From assembly GCA_964504865.1 (NCBI GenBank), contig CAZDFS010000008.1, forward strand, positions 6,711 through 70,710: a DNA stretch of 64,000 bases, written 5' to 3'. Both the position numbers and the translations under genes were made by a program. Positions 50,632 to 59,772 of this stretch are shown in pieces (the first letter of the stretch is position 1; each line of letters begins with the position of its first letter). The DNA comes from an uncultured Wenzhouxiangella sp. (GTDB taxonomy: Bacteria; Pseudomonadota; Gammaproteobacteria; Xanthomonadales; Wenzhouxiangellaceae). A model generated the notes under the pieces. It worked only from the letters and a program-made list of their open reading frames with translations, had not been told where the DNA came from and ran no database searches.

Positions 50632-51300
50632 TCAGGCTCCCCTGGAACGCCGACGCGCAGTCAGGCCAATGCCGCCAAGGAGCGAGAACATCCCGCCCAG
50701 CGCCATCAACGGCAGTATACCGGCCGTTGCCGGCAGCACGGCCGGTCGTTCTGTGCGGACCGGTTCAGCCTGTGCCATGCGTGTTGAGGATCGAGTCGCG
50801 GTAGCCTCCGGGTCGGATTCGACAACCCGAGCCATTTCTCCTGAAGGTGCCCCGGCGGTTGTGGCGAAAGCATACCGGTCCTCGGGCACATAGAAGTTGA
50901 GGATCTGCCCCTTCATCAGCTCACTGAACCGATAATCGCGGCCGTCGAGTAGCACGCGCTGACCCGGGGTCGGCATCAGCCTGACTCTGCCAAGCGCCCG
51001 GCCACGGTCATTGCGAAAATCCGACGAGATGGACCCATCGCTGTGGTTGTGCTGGAATTCAGCCTCGAAGCGAGCCCATTTCTGTTGCCCAACGGTGATC
51101 ACTTCCTGACAGCCGTTGACGACCCATGGATACTGTCGCAGCAGGTCGCGATGCCAGTTGATATCTTCGCAGCTGGACCGATCCACTTCCGGATCCGGCA
51201 TGTCGCGTGCAGATTGCTGGGCGGCCGCAATGCCGGTCCAGCCCAAAGCCAGCAGCAGGGCCGCCGTGGTCAGGCTCGATAGGTTCAAACGCAGGTTCAT
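50632..51300 (-). CDS. Secreted protein with C-terminal LPATAG sorting signal (putative sortase substrate)
   Basis: 222 aa. Signal peptide ...LALGWTGIAAA. C-terminus is LPATAG + ILPLMALGGMFSLLGGIGL + TARRRSRGA. AGGAG RBS. Its ATG overlaps the sortase TGA. Confidence 0.65.
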   Translation of the reverse strand: MNLRLNLSSLTTAALLLALGWTGIAAAQQSARDMPDPEVDRSSCEDINWHRDLLRQYPWVVNGCQEVITVGQQKWARFEAEFQHNHSDGSISSDFRNDRGRALGRVRLMPTPGQRVLLDGRDYRFSELMKGQILNFYVPEDRYAFATTAGAPSGEMARVVESDPEATATRSSTRMAQAEPVRTERPAVLPATAGILPLMALGGMFSLLGGIGLTARRRSRGA

Positions 51301-52082
51301 GGTGTTTCTCCTGATGGTGGTGCGGTGAGAAGCACTTCCGGACGGGGTGCCTTCTCGGGATGATCAACAGCAGTGGCCTGAACGATGTATCGCTGTGGCG
51401 CATTGCCGATGAAATAGAATGGGTAGCAGGTCACCAGGGTCACGGTCGTGACCTCGCTGTCGTCAAGTACCGAAACGTCTTCGGGATCGACGATATCGAG
51501 CCGGCTGACGCGGTAATGAACCTGGCCAGAGAGGCTTTCCAGAACCATTGGGTCGCCGATCCTGATGTCCTTGAGCGGACGAAAATAGCGGTCACGATGG
51601 GCCGCGATCGCCATATTGCCGACGGTATTCGGGGCCGCTGTGCCGCCGATCCAGCCAGCACCGCGGCTCAGGTTGAGCTCGTTCAGTTCGCGATAGACAG
51701 GCACTTCGAGATCCAGGCCGGCGATTCGCAAAACAGCAATCGGAAGCGCTGCATCGCTGCCGGTCCCCGGGCGATCCGGGGCCGGATCCATCTCCCTCAG
51801 ACCGTCTTGCGAGTGAGACTCAACCCCTAAAGACAGATCGTTGAGATGGCGACTGTCGGAGGCTGATGCACGCGCCTCAGAGAACAGACTGACACCCTGC
51901 TGTCGAAGCTCCTCCAGCCGGATGCTTGCCGTCATGTAGAACAGAATCAAACCAAGGCCGACGAACCAGCAAACCAGCTCCAGGACAATGCCTCCCGAGC
52001 ATCCGGCCATCGGCAATTTCTCGGCCCCGACAGGGGGCGTTGGGAAACTGGCTCGGCAGACTGTAAACGACCGCAGGATCAT
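51297..52082 (-). CDS. Sortase (proteobacterial / class GN-like)
   Basis: 261 aa from ATG 52082 (AAGGAG 8 nt upstream). TM helix IVLELVCWFVGLGLILFYM. Catalytic contexts AIAAHRD, TLVTCYPF and APQRYIVQA. Confidence 0.8.
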   Translation of the reverse strand: MILRSFTVCRASFPTPPVGAEKLPMAGCSGGIVLELVCWFVGLGLILFYMTASIRLEELRQQGVSLFSEARASASDSRHLNDLSLGVESHSQDGLREMDPAPDRPGTGSDAALPIAVLRIAGLDLEVPVYRELNELNLSRGAGWIGGTAAPNTVGNMAIAAHRDRYFRPLKDIRIGDPMVLESLSGQVHYRVSRLDIVDPEDVSVLDDSEVTTVTLVTCYPFYFIGNAPQRYIVQATAVDHPEKAPRPEVLLTAPPSGETP

Positions 52083-52380
52083 GGCGGTTGCTCCTTGAAG
52101 GGTCACGACAGGACGCTATCTTGAGGCCGCTGTTCGAGTTCGTCTGTTCGCAATCGCACGCGTGGGCAAGCTCAGTCCGAGCACCACGGGTCGATTTCGG
52201 AGGAGACGCTCGAGGGAAAACCGAGGACAGTTGGGTGGGGACTGCAGAAGGCAGGCAAAGACTTGTCAGTCTGCTTGCAGTTCGCCAAGGAAAGAAAAAG
52301 ATTCGATTGTTTGTAACTTTTCAGGCCTTTCAGGCGTCATAGGAACTGAAGGGCAACGAAAACGGTCAAGGAGTCTTACC

Positions 52381-52725
52381 GTGAGAGTCATCATCCCCAT
52401 CCTGATTGCCGCTGTCTGGACCAGCGCGACGGTCAAGATCAATGGCGTCTGGCCACCGTCGAAGATCGCCGACTCCGTCGCTTCGATCAGCGAACAGGTC
52501 GAGGCGCCGGCCCGCTCGGTGCTCGCGCTGCTGCAGGACGAGCCAGCCGAGTCTCTTCGCAGCGTGCGGCCGGTGGGTCATGCGCCTGCGCTCGACCCAC
52601 GACGCATCGCCCTGCCCGGCCTGCCGAAGCCCTCGCGCCATCCGGTTGCGGCCGACGCACTCGACGCCCGGGATCTTCTTGATCCGCCGGCGGGCAGTGA
52701 AGTGATCCGCCGCGAGCGCTGTTAG
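52381..52725 (+). CDS. Hypothetical small protein with N-terminal hydrophobic segment
   Basis: GTG 52381 sits 7 nt after AAGGAG. VRVIIPILIAAVWTSA... with a Pro/Arg-rich remainder. No family recognised, and it may not be a real gene. Confidence 0.25.
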   Translation: MRVIIPILIAAVWTSATVKINGVWPPSKIADSVASISEQVEAPARSVLALLQDEPAESLRSVRPVGHAPALDPRRIALPGLPKPSRHPVAADALDARDLLDPPAGSEVIRRERC

Positions 52726-55040
52726 CTCTCGAACAGCTCCCCGCTGCCGAGCGCGCGCTGGCGCTGCTCGTTCTGTGCATCCACCACCGCCACCGCGGTC
52801 ATGTTGACGACCCGCCTCACCGTCGCTGACGGCGTCAGCACGTGCGCTGGTCGGCCAGCCCCCATCAGGATCGGGCCGATCGTCACCGCTTTGCCGATCA
52901 CCCGCGCCATGGAAAAGGCGATGTGTGCCGCGTCCTGATTCGGCATGATCAGCAGATTTGCCGGTCCTTTCAGCTCGGAGTTCGGAAACACGCGCTCGCG
53001 GATCAGGGGCTGCAGCGCGGCATCCGCGCGCATCTCGCCTTCGACTTCCAGCTCCGGCGCACGTTCGCGCAGCAAGGCAAGCACCTGACGCATCTTTGAG
53101 GCCTGCGAATCGATATGACTGCCGAAGTTCGAGTGCGACACCAGGGCGATCTTCGGCGTGATGCCGAACAGGCGAACCTTTTCCGCCGCCATGATGGTCA
53201 GCTCGGCGAGCTGTTCCGCGCTCGGATCCGGATTGACATGGGTATCGCAGACGAAGATCGTCTCGGTCTCGGTGGCCATGGCCGACAGCGCGCCCAGCGT
53301 TCTGCAGCCCGGAGCGAGCCCGAGAACCTCGGTGACGTACTTCAATTTCTTGCCGTACTGGCCCACCACGCCGCAGATGAGCGCGTCGGCCTCGTTGCGG
53401 TGCACCATGATGGCGGCGATGACCGTATTGCGCGTGCGCACGATCGCCTTGGCCGAGTCCGGCGTCACGCCGCGCCGTTCGGTGATGGAGTGGAAGGTCT
53501 GCCAGTACTCGCGGAAGCGGGGGTCTGACTCGGGATTGACCAGCTCGAAATCGACGCCAGGGCGAACCCTCAGCCCGGCGCGCTCGATGCGCATCTCGAC
53601 CACGCTGGGCCGGCCGACGAGAATCGGCTTGGCCAGGCCGTCGTCGACGATGGTCTGCACCGCACGGAGTACCAGCTCTTCTTCGCCCTCGGCAAAGACC
53701 ACCCGCTTCGGATCCTTGCGCGCGGCATCGAAGACCGGCTTCATCACCAGGCCCGTGCGGAAGACATACTGACTCAGGCGCTCGCGGTAGGCCTCCATGT
53801 CCTCGATCGGTCGCGTGGCCACGCCGGAGTCCATCGCGGCCCTGGCCACCGCTGGCGCCAGCTGCACGAGCAGGCGCGGATCGAAGGGCTGCGGAATCAG
53901 ATAATCCGGCCCGAAGCGGGGGACGTCACCACCGTAGGCGGCTGCCGACACGTCCGAGGCCTCGATGCGAGCCAGCTCGGCGATGGCGTGCACGCAGGCC
54001 ATCTTCATCTCATCGTTGATGCCCGTCGCACCGACATCGAGCGCGCCGCGGAAGATATAGGGGAAACACAGGACGTTATTGACCTGATTGGGGTAGTCCG
54101 AGCGCCCGGTCGCGATCAGCGCATCGGGTCGCGCTTCGCGGGCCACGTCGGGCATGATCTCCGGCGTCGGGTTGGCGAGCGCCAGGATGATCGGCTTATC
54201 GGCCATGGCCTTGACCATCTCGGGTTTCAGGACCCCGGGGGCCGAGACGCCGAGAAAGACGTCCGCACCCTCGATCACCTCACCGAGCGTGCGGGCGTCG
54301 GTCTTGATGGCATAGGTGGCCTTGCGCGGATCCATGTCGGCTTCGCGACCGGCATAGACCACGCCCTCGCGATCGCAGACGATGACATTCTCGCGCTTGA
54401 GCCCCATCGTCAGGAGCAGATCGAGGCAGGCCATGCCCGCCGCACCGGCGCCGGACGCCACCAGGCGAATGTCTTCGATGCGCTTGCCGGAGAGCTTCAG
54501 GCCGTTGACCAGGGCGGCGGCGGTGATGATCGCCGTGCCGTGCTGATCGTCGTGGAAGACCGGAATGCCCATGCGGTCTTTCAGGGCCTCTTCGACCCGA
54601 AAGCACTCGGGCGCCTTGATGTCCTCCAGGTTGATGCCACCAAAGGTCGGCTCGAGGCTGGCGATAATATCGATCAGCTTGTCCGGATCGGTCTCGTCGA
54701 TCTCGATATCGAACACGTCGATGCCGGCGAAGCGCTTGAACAGCACCCCCTTGCCTTCCATCACCGGCTTCGAGGCCAGCGCGCCGATCGCTCCGAGCCC
54801 GAGGACCGCCGTGCCGTTGGAGATGACCGCCACCAGGTTGCCGCGGGCCGTGTACTCGCGAGCGCTGTCCGGATTCTCGGCGATCGCCTCGCTGGCCGCC
54901 GCCACGCCGGGCGAATAGGCCAGGGCCAGGTCCTTGGCCGTGGTCAGGGCCTTGGTCGGCGAGACCTTGATCTTGCCGGGCACCGGATAGCGGTGATAAT
55001 CCAGCGCCTGTTCGCGAAACTTGTCCTTGCTGTCGGTCAT
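52722..55040 (-). CDS. maeB: NADP-dependent malic enzyme (malic enzyme + phosphotransacetylase-like domain)
   Basis: 772 aa from ATG 55040 ([24 protein letters not shown]). MaeB architecture. The track ORF extends spuriously into the hairpin repeat. Confidence 0.93.
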   Translation of the reverse strand: MTDSKDKFREQALDYHRYPVPGKIKVSPTKALTTAKDLALAYSPGVAAASEAIAENPDSAREYTARGNLVAVISNGTAVLGLGAIGALASKPVMEGKGVLFKRFAGIDVFDIEIDETDPDKLIDIIASLEPTFGGINLEDIKAPECFRVEEALKDRMGIPVFHDDQHGTAIITAAALVNGLKLSGKRIEDIRLVASGAGAAGMACLDLLLTMGLKRENVIVCDREGVVYAGREADMDPRKATYAIKTDARTLGEVIEGADVFLGVSAPGVLKPEMVKAMADKPIILALANPTPEIMPDVAREARPDALIATGRSDYPNQVNNVLCFPYIFRGALDVGATGINDEMKMACVHAIAELARIEASDVSAAAYGGDVPRFGPDYLIPQPFDPRLLVQLAPAVARAAMDSGVATRPIEDMEAYRERLSQYVFRTGLVMKPVFDAARKDPKRVVFAEGEEELVLRAVQTIVDDGLAKPILVGRPSVVEMRIERAGLRVRPGVDFELVNPESDPRFREYWQTFHSITERRGVTPDSAKAIVRTRNTVIAAIMVHRNEADALICGVVGQYGKKLKYVTEVLGLAPGCRTLGALSAMATETETIFVCDTHVNPDPSAEQLAELTIMAAEKVRLFGITPKIALVSHSNFGSHIDSQASKMRQVLALLRERAPELEVEGEMRADAALQPLIRERVFPNSELKGPANLLIMPNQDAAHIAFSMARVIGKAVTIGPILMGAGRPAHVLTPSATVRRVVNMTAVAVVDAQNEQRQRALGSGELFES

Positions 55041-55066
55041 GGTCGGGTATCCGGAGTTGGTTTTCT

Positions 55067-55140
55067 GAACCACGAAGGGCACGAAGAACACGAAGAAAGG
55101 CCTGCTTTCCCTTCGTGCGCTTCGTGCCCTTCGTGGTTTC
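55067..55140. repeat. Long near-perfect hairpin built from inverted triplets of a CACGAAG(R)(R) 9-mer
   Basis: Left arm is gaaccacgaagggcacgaagaacacgaagaaagg. The right arm's reverse complement is gaaaccacgaagggcacgaagcgcacgaagggaaag. Lies between the fba stop and the maeB start. Confidence 0.8.
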
Positions 55141-55186
55141 AATCACGGGCTGCCGTCCGGCAACCCGCATCGAACGCTGACGATGA

Positions 55187-56212
55187 TCAGCCGTTCTCTT
55201 CTTCTTCGTCCCATTCGCCGAGGGAGGCGGCACCGTTCATGCGGGCGCGATGGAGGAGCACCTGCTGGGCTTTTTCCCGATTTCCTGCCGGGTCGGCGGC
55301 CCAGGTCTTCAGGCATTCGGCCTGCAGGGCGCGGCCGTAGCTGAAGCTCAGCGGCCAGGGCATGTCGCCCATCTTGTTCATGGCGTCGAGGTGCTGGGTG
55401 GCTTCCACATCGCCCTGCCCACCGGACAGGAACACGATGCCGGCGCAGGCGGCAGGCACGGCGTTGAGGAGGCAGTCAACGGTGGCTTCGGCGACTTCCT
55501 CGATGCCGGCACGATCCGTCGCGGTGCTGCCGGAAATGACCATCGAGGCTTTCAGAACGCAGCCCTCGAGGACAACGTTCTGTTCGTAGAGCTGCTGGAA
55601 CAGGGACTTCAGGGTTGCTTCGGTGACGTCGAAGGACGTGTCGAGATCGTGATCGCCGTCCATCAGGACTTCCGGCTCGACGATCGGCACCAGGCCGGCT
55701 TCCTGGCACAGGGCGGCGTAGCGTGCCAGCGCGTGGGCATTGGCGTCGATGCACGCCCGTGAAGGAATGTCGTCGCCGATGGTGATGACCGCACGCCACT
55801 TGCAGAACTTCGCGCCGAGCTCGGCGTACTCGGCCAGGCGTTCGCGCAGGCCGTCGAGGCCTTCGGTGATCTTTTCACCCTCGAAGCCGGCCAGCGCCTT
55901 GGCGCCCTTGTCGACCTTGATGCCCGGAAGGATCCCCGCCGCCTCCATCGCCTTCGGCAGCGGCGTGCCGTCGGGCAGCGACTGGCGGATCGTCTCGTCG
56001 AACAGGATGGCCCCGGAGATGAATTTTCCGAGATCCGGGGTCGTCAGCATCATCGAGCGATAGTCGAGGCGATTCGCCTCGCTGTCCTCGACGTTGACGC
56101 CGTCGAAGCGCTTCTTGATCGTCCCGGAGGATTCGTCGATGGCCAGAATGCCCTTGCCCGGGGCCACCATGGCCTGCGCTATTTCAACCAGTTGTTCGAG
56201 TTTGTCTGTCAT
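55187..56212 (-). CDS. fba: Fructose-bisphosphate aldolase, class I
   Basis: 341 aa from ATG 56212 (MTDKLEQLVEIAQAMVAPGKGILAIDES), the class I FBA N-terminal signature. Confidence 0.9.
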   Translation of the reverse strand: MTDKLEQLVEIAQAMVAPGKGILAIDESSGTIKKRFDGVNVEDSEANRLDYRSMMLTTPDLGKFISGAILFDETIRQSLPDGTPLPKAMEAAGILPGIKVDKGAKALAGFEGEKITEGLDGLRERLAEYAELGAKFCKWRAVITIGDDIPSRACIDANAHALARYAALCQEAGLVPIVEPEVLMDGDHDLDTSFDVTEATLKSLFQQLYEQNVVLEGCVLKASMVISGSTATDRAGIEEVAEATVDCLLNAVPAACAGIVFLSGGQGDVEATQHLDAMNKMGDMPWPLSFSYGRALQAECLKTWAADPAGNREKAQQVLLHRARMNGAASLGEWDEEEENG

Positions 56213-56304
56213 GTCGTTGTCTGCTCCGCACCTGCTGCGATCGAAAGGAATCCGGGTATTGTAGCGGCCCCGACCGACGCATCGGAAGCCGGACCCGCAC
56301 CGCA

Positions 56305-57741
56305 TCAGTCGACGGTAAGGATCTTGAGGGTGTTGGTTCCGCCCATTTCGCCCATGGCATCGCCCAGGGTCATGAGCACGCGGTCACCGGTGGCGATCAG
56401 GCCCACCTCCCGGGCGCGCTCCATGGCCAGGCGCGGAATCTGACTGGGCCGCGCCTCGTTGGCGGAAAAGAACAGCGGCTGGACGTGCTGAAACAAGCGC
56501 ATCTTGCGCAGGGAGGCGCGATTCGGGCTCATGCCGATGATGGGCAGCGGGGAGCGCACGCGGCTCAACCACTGGGCCGTGGCGCCAGACTCGGTCAGGG
56601 CAATGATCGCCTGGGCACCGAAGTTGTTGGCCACCATCATCGCCGCCATGGCGATGGCCTGGTCGGCGCGCTCGGCTGGCGAATTGAACAGGCGCGAGGG
56701 CTGGTGGGCCTGGACGTGGCGCTCAGCCCCCTCGCAGATGCGCGCCATCGCCTCGATGACGCGCGCCGGATGGCGGCCGACCGCCGTCTCGGCCGACAGC
56801 ATGACCGCGTCGGTACCGTCGATCACGGCATTGGCCACGTCCAGCACCTCGGCCCGAGTGGGAATCGGGTTCTCGATCATCGACTGCATCATCTGAGTCG
56901 CGGTAATCACCGGCCGGCTGAGCTTCAGGCAGGCGGCGATGATGCGCTTCTGCAGGCCCGGTAATTCGGCCTCCCCGATCTCGACGCCCAGGTCGCCGCG
57001 CGCGACCAGCACCGCATCGGAGGCCTCGATAATCGCGTCCAGGTGGTCGATCGCTTCGGTGCGCTCGATCTTCGAGACCAGACCCGCCGTGCCGCCGGCC
57101 TCGTGCAGCAGGGTCCGGGCCTGCTGCATGTCCTCGGCGCTGCGCGGAAAGGACACGGCCAGGTAATCGACCTGCCATTCAGCCGCCAGCTGAATATCGG
57201 CCTTGTCCGCCTCGGACACGCCGGGGATCGACAGACCTCCACCGCGCAGGTTCAGGCCCTTGCGATCGGACAGGGGCCCGGCCGTATTGACGGTGCAGCG
57301 AATCTCGTCGCCGACGACTTCATCGACGGTGAGGGACATGAGCCCGTCATCGAGGAGCAGCTCGCTGCCGGGCTGCACGTCCCGGACGAGGCCGAGGTAA
57401 GCCACGCCCACGCCCTGCTCGTCGCCGGCCGGCGGATTCTCGCGGGCATAGAGCGTGAACGACTGACCACGCGCCAGCTCGACGCGGCCCTCGCGAAAGC
57501 GGTCGATGCGAATTTTCGGACCCGACAGGTCGGCGAGGACGGCCACGTCCGTGTCCAGCTCGCGCGCCACCGCCCGGACCATCTTGATGCGCCGTGCGTG
57601 GGTCCTGGCGTCGCCGTGGGAGAAGTTGATGCGCACGACATCGCAGCCGGCGCGAATGAGACGCTCGAGCTCGTCCTGATCATCGGTCGCCGGGCCGAGG
57701 GTGGCGACGATCTTGGTCCTTCGTTTCATGCGCTCGATCAC
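56305..57741 (-). CDS. pyk: Pyruvate kinase
   Basis: 478 aa. TKIVATLGPA, RINFSHG and MVARGDLGVEI motifs. Confidence 0.93.
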   Translation of the reverse strand: MIERMKRRTKIVATLGPATDDQDELERLIRAGCDVVRINFSHGDARTHARRIKMVRAVARELDTDVAVLADLSGPKIRIDRFREGRVELARGQSFTLYARENPPAGDEQGVGVAYLGLVRDVQPGSELLLDDGLMSLTVDEVVGDEIRCTVNTAGPLSDRKGLNLRGGGLSIPGVSEADKADIQLAAEWQVDYLAVSFPRSAEDMQQARTLLHEAGGTAGLVSKIERTEAIDHLDAIIEASDAVLVARGDLGVEIGEAELPGLQKRIIAACLKLSRPVITATQMMQSMIENPIPTRAEVLDVANAVIDGTDAVMLSAETAVGRHPARVIEAMARICEGAERHVQAHQPSRLFNSPAERADQAIAMAAMMVANNFGAQAIIALTESGATAQWLSRVRSPLPIIGMSPNRASLRKMRLFQHVQPLFFSANEARPSQIPRLAMERAREVGLIATGDRVLMTLGDAMGEMGGTNTLKILTVD

Positions 57742-58001
57742 TTGCCTGACAATGGAAACGCGCAGTGTGACGCGAATTCGATGACAGATTCAATCGGACC
57801 GCGACATTGCGATGACATCGAGCGCCGCGATCGGTCACGAACTGATCGACCGACGCTTCCGTGCCGCCCTGCTGACGGATCGCTGGGCTCGCGCGATCCT
57901 GCCGTCGCTGGGCTATCCTCCTGTCAGCGCAATCACCCGGCCGATCAGCGCCGTGGCCAGCATCTGGCCGGCCTCGCCACGACAATCGAAGGATCCATGA
58001 G

Positions 58002-58874
58002 ATGAGCGAACATGACTACGCCCCGCCGACGATCTGGCAGTGGGAAAAGGACAACGGCGGCAAGTTCGCCAACATCAATCGTCCCACCGCCGGCGCGACC
58101 CACGACAAGACGCTACCGGTCGGCAAGCACCCGCATCAGCTCTATTCCCTGGCCACGCCGAACGGCGTCAAGGTCACCGTCCTGTTCGAGGAGCTTCTGG
58201 CCCTCGGCCTCGACGATGCGGAGTACGATGCCTGGCTCATCGATATCGGCGAGGGGGAACAGTTCAGCGCCGGATTCGTCGCCGCCAACCCGAACTCCAA
58301 GATTCCGGCGCTGGTGGATCACTCTGTCCAGCCCGCCCAGCGCGTGTTCGAGTCCGGCGCCATCCTGCTCTATCTGGCCGAGAAGTTCGACGCCTTTCTG
58401 CCGAAGGCGCCGCGGGCCAGGACCGAGTGCCTCAACTGGCTGTTCTGGCAGATGGGCTCGGCGCCTTACCTCGGCGGAGGCTTCGGCCACTTCTATGCCT
58501 ACGCGCCGATCAAGATCAAGTACGCCATCGACCGCTTCGCCATGGAAGCCAAGCGCCAGCTCGACGTCCTCGATCGCCATCTGGCGGAAAACGAATTCAT
58601 CGCCGGCGCCGACTACAGCATCGCCGACATGGCGATCTGGCCCTGGTACGGGCAGATGGCCCTGGGCCGGCTCTACGATGCCGCCGAGTTCCTCCAGGTC
58701 GAAGACTACGAGCACCTGCAGCGCTGGTCAAAGCAGCTCGACGACCGGCCCGCCGTCACCCGCGGCCGCATGGTGAACCGGCCCTTCGGCCGGCCGGAAA
58801 TGCAGCTGCACGAACGCCACGACGCCAGCGATTTCGAATCTAAAACCCAGGACAAGATCGAAGGCCACGAATAA
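58002..58874 (+). CDS. yghU: Nu-class glutathione S-transferase (YghU-like)
   Basis: 290 aa. ...YAPPTIWQWEKDNGGKFANINRPTAG...HPHQLYSLATPNGVKV... closely resembles YghU. Confidence 0.88.
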   Translation: MSEHDYAPPTIWQWEKDNGGKFANINRPTAGATHDKTLPVGKHPHQLYSLATPNGVKVTVLFEELLALGLDDAEYDAWLIDIGEGEQFSAGFVAANPNSKIPALVDHSVQPAQRVFESGAILLYLAEKFDAFLPKAPRARTECLNWLFWQMGSAPYLGGGFGHFYAYAPIKIKYAIDRFAMEAKRQLDVLDRHLAENEFIAGADYSIADMAIWPWYGQMALGRLYDAAEFLQVEDYEHLQRWSKQLDDRPAVTRGRMVNRPFGRPEMQLHERHDASDFESKTQDKIEGHE

Positions 58875-58889
58875 CACTGGCGCATCTCG

Positions 58890-58923
58890 GCGACGGATGG
58901 GTCGCCTGGCAGCTTTGTTTTCA
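58890..58923 (+). terminator. Possible intrinsic terminator of yghU
   Basis: ggcgac-ggatgg-gtcgcc followed by tggcagctttgttttc. Confidence 0.35.
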
Positions 58924-58959
58924 TGGCCGCTTGGCTTTTTCGAATCGTGAATCGCGGCT

Positions 58960-59740
58960 TGATTGTTTTCCGCTTTGCGGGATGAAGGTCAAAGGCGCTT
59001 GGTTAAATTCGCTTCGCGAATGAAAGGCGTTTCGCCCACGCTTCGCTTGCAGGGCGAGTTTCTTTTGCCAAACGATGCAAAAGAAACCAAAAGATCTGGT
59101 GCCCACGACCTCGCCGGCTGCGCCGGACACTGCGCGGCTCCGGCCAGAACGGCTGGCCATGCTTAAACTCGCTCCGCTAACGCTCCACTCAGACAGGCAT
59201 GTCCAGAAGGCTCCCGTTCTGGCCTGCGCTGCTCGACGAGTGTCCAGGGCACGAAAGGCCGGGAGACGGGCCTTTGCTTTGCTCGGCCCAGCGGTAGTCA
59301 TTTTCACTGCTACTGGTCACTTTCGCACCGGCGCGAGCGCAGCGATGCGCTGTCCTGTCCTTGCCCGTTCCTGCCCTTGACGCTCGCCGGGGGCGCGTAG
59401 GGTGGAACGGCGTTTTTGTGGGCATGCCTGTCTGACCGGAGCGCAGCGAAGGGAGTTTAAGCATGACCACCCGTTCCAACCGGAGCGACACCGGGCACCG
59501 GCCGCAGGCCGGCGAGGTCTCTGGGCAGGAGTCCTTTTGGTTTCTTTTGGGACGGCTGCCAAAAGAAACTCGCCCAGAAAGCGCGAAGCACAGGCGAGAA
59601 CGCAAGGGCGGTTTGCGCGCAGCGCATGAAGCCCTGGAGTGGAGGCGTCGTGCGTGCGTGGGCGAAACGCCTTTCATTCGCGAAGCGAATTTAACCAAGC
59701 GCCTTTGACTTTAAGCCCGCGCAGCGAAAAACAAACAAAC
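58960..59740. repeat. Giant imperfect palindromic non-coding element, copy A
   Basis: The left arm (from ~58965) and the reverse complement of the right arm (to ~59735) align over several hundred bp (gtcaaaggcgcttggttaaattcgcttcgcgaatgaaaggcgtttcgcccacgc...ggcgagtttcttttg...catgcttaaactc...cagacaggcatg). The right arm has an ~80-bp segment absent from the left. No credible ORF. Confidence 0.85.
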
Positions 59741-59772
59741 CCTTTTGACTCCCCTTGCGAAGCAATAAACCT

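Noticed and set aside
53988-58005. Plus-strand ORFs of 450 aa (53988-55340), 170 aa (55250-55762) and 320 aa (57043-58005), and minus-strand 317 aa (54280-55233)
   Set aside because: They are antisense or alternative frames of maeB, fba and pyk, with shadow-ORF composition.
58921-59708. Several 60-170-aa ORFs on both strands inside palindromic element A (and 63318-63719 / 62933-63793 extension in element B)
   Set aside because: The shared peptides (e.g. VKFASRMKGVSPT) arise because the DNA is an inverted repeat. There is no RBS, no family resemblance, and the frames are broken differently in each copy.
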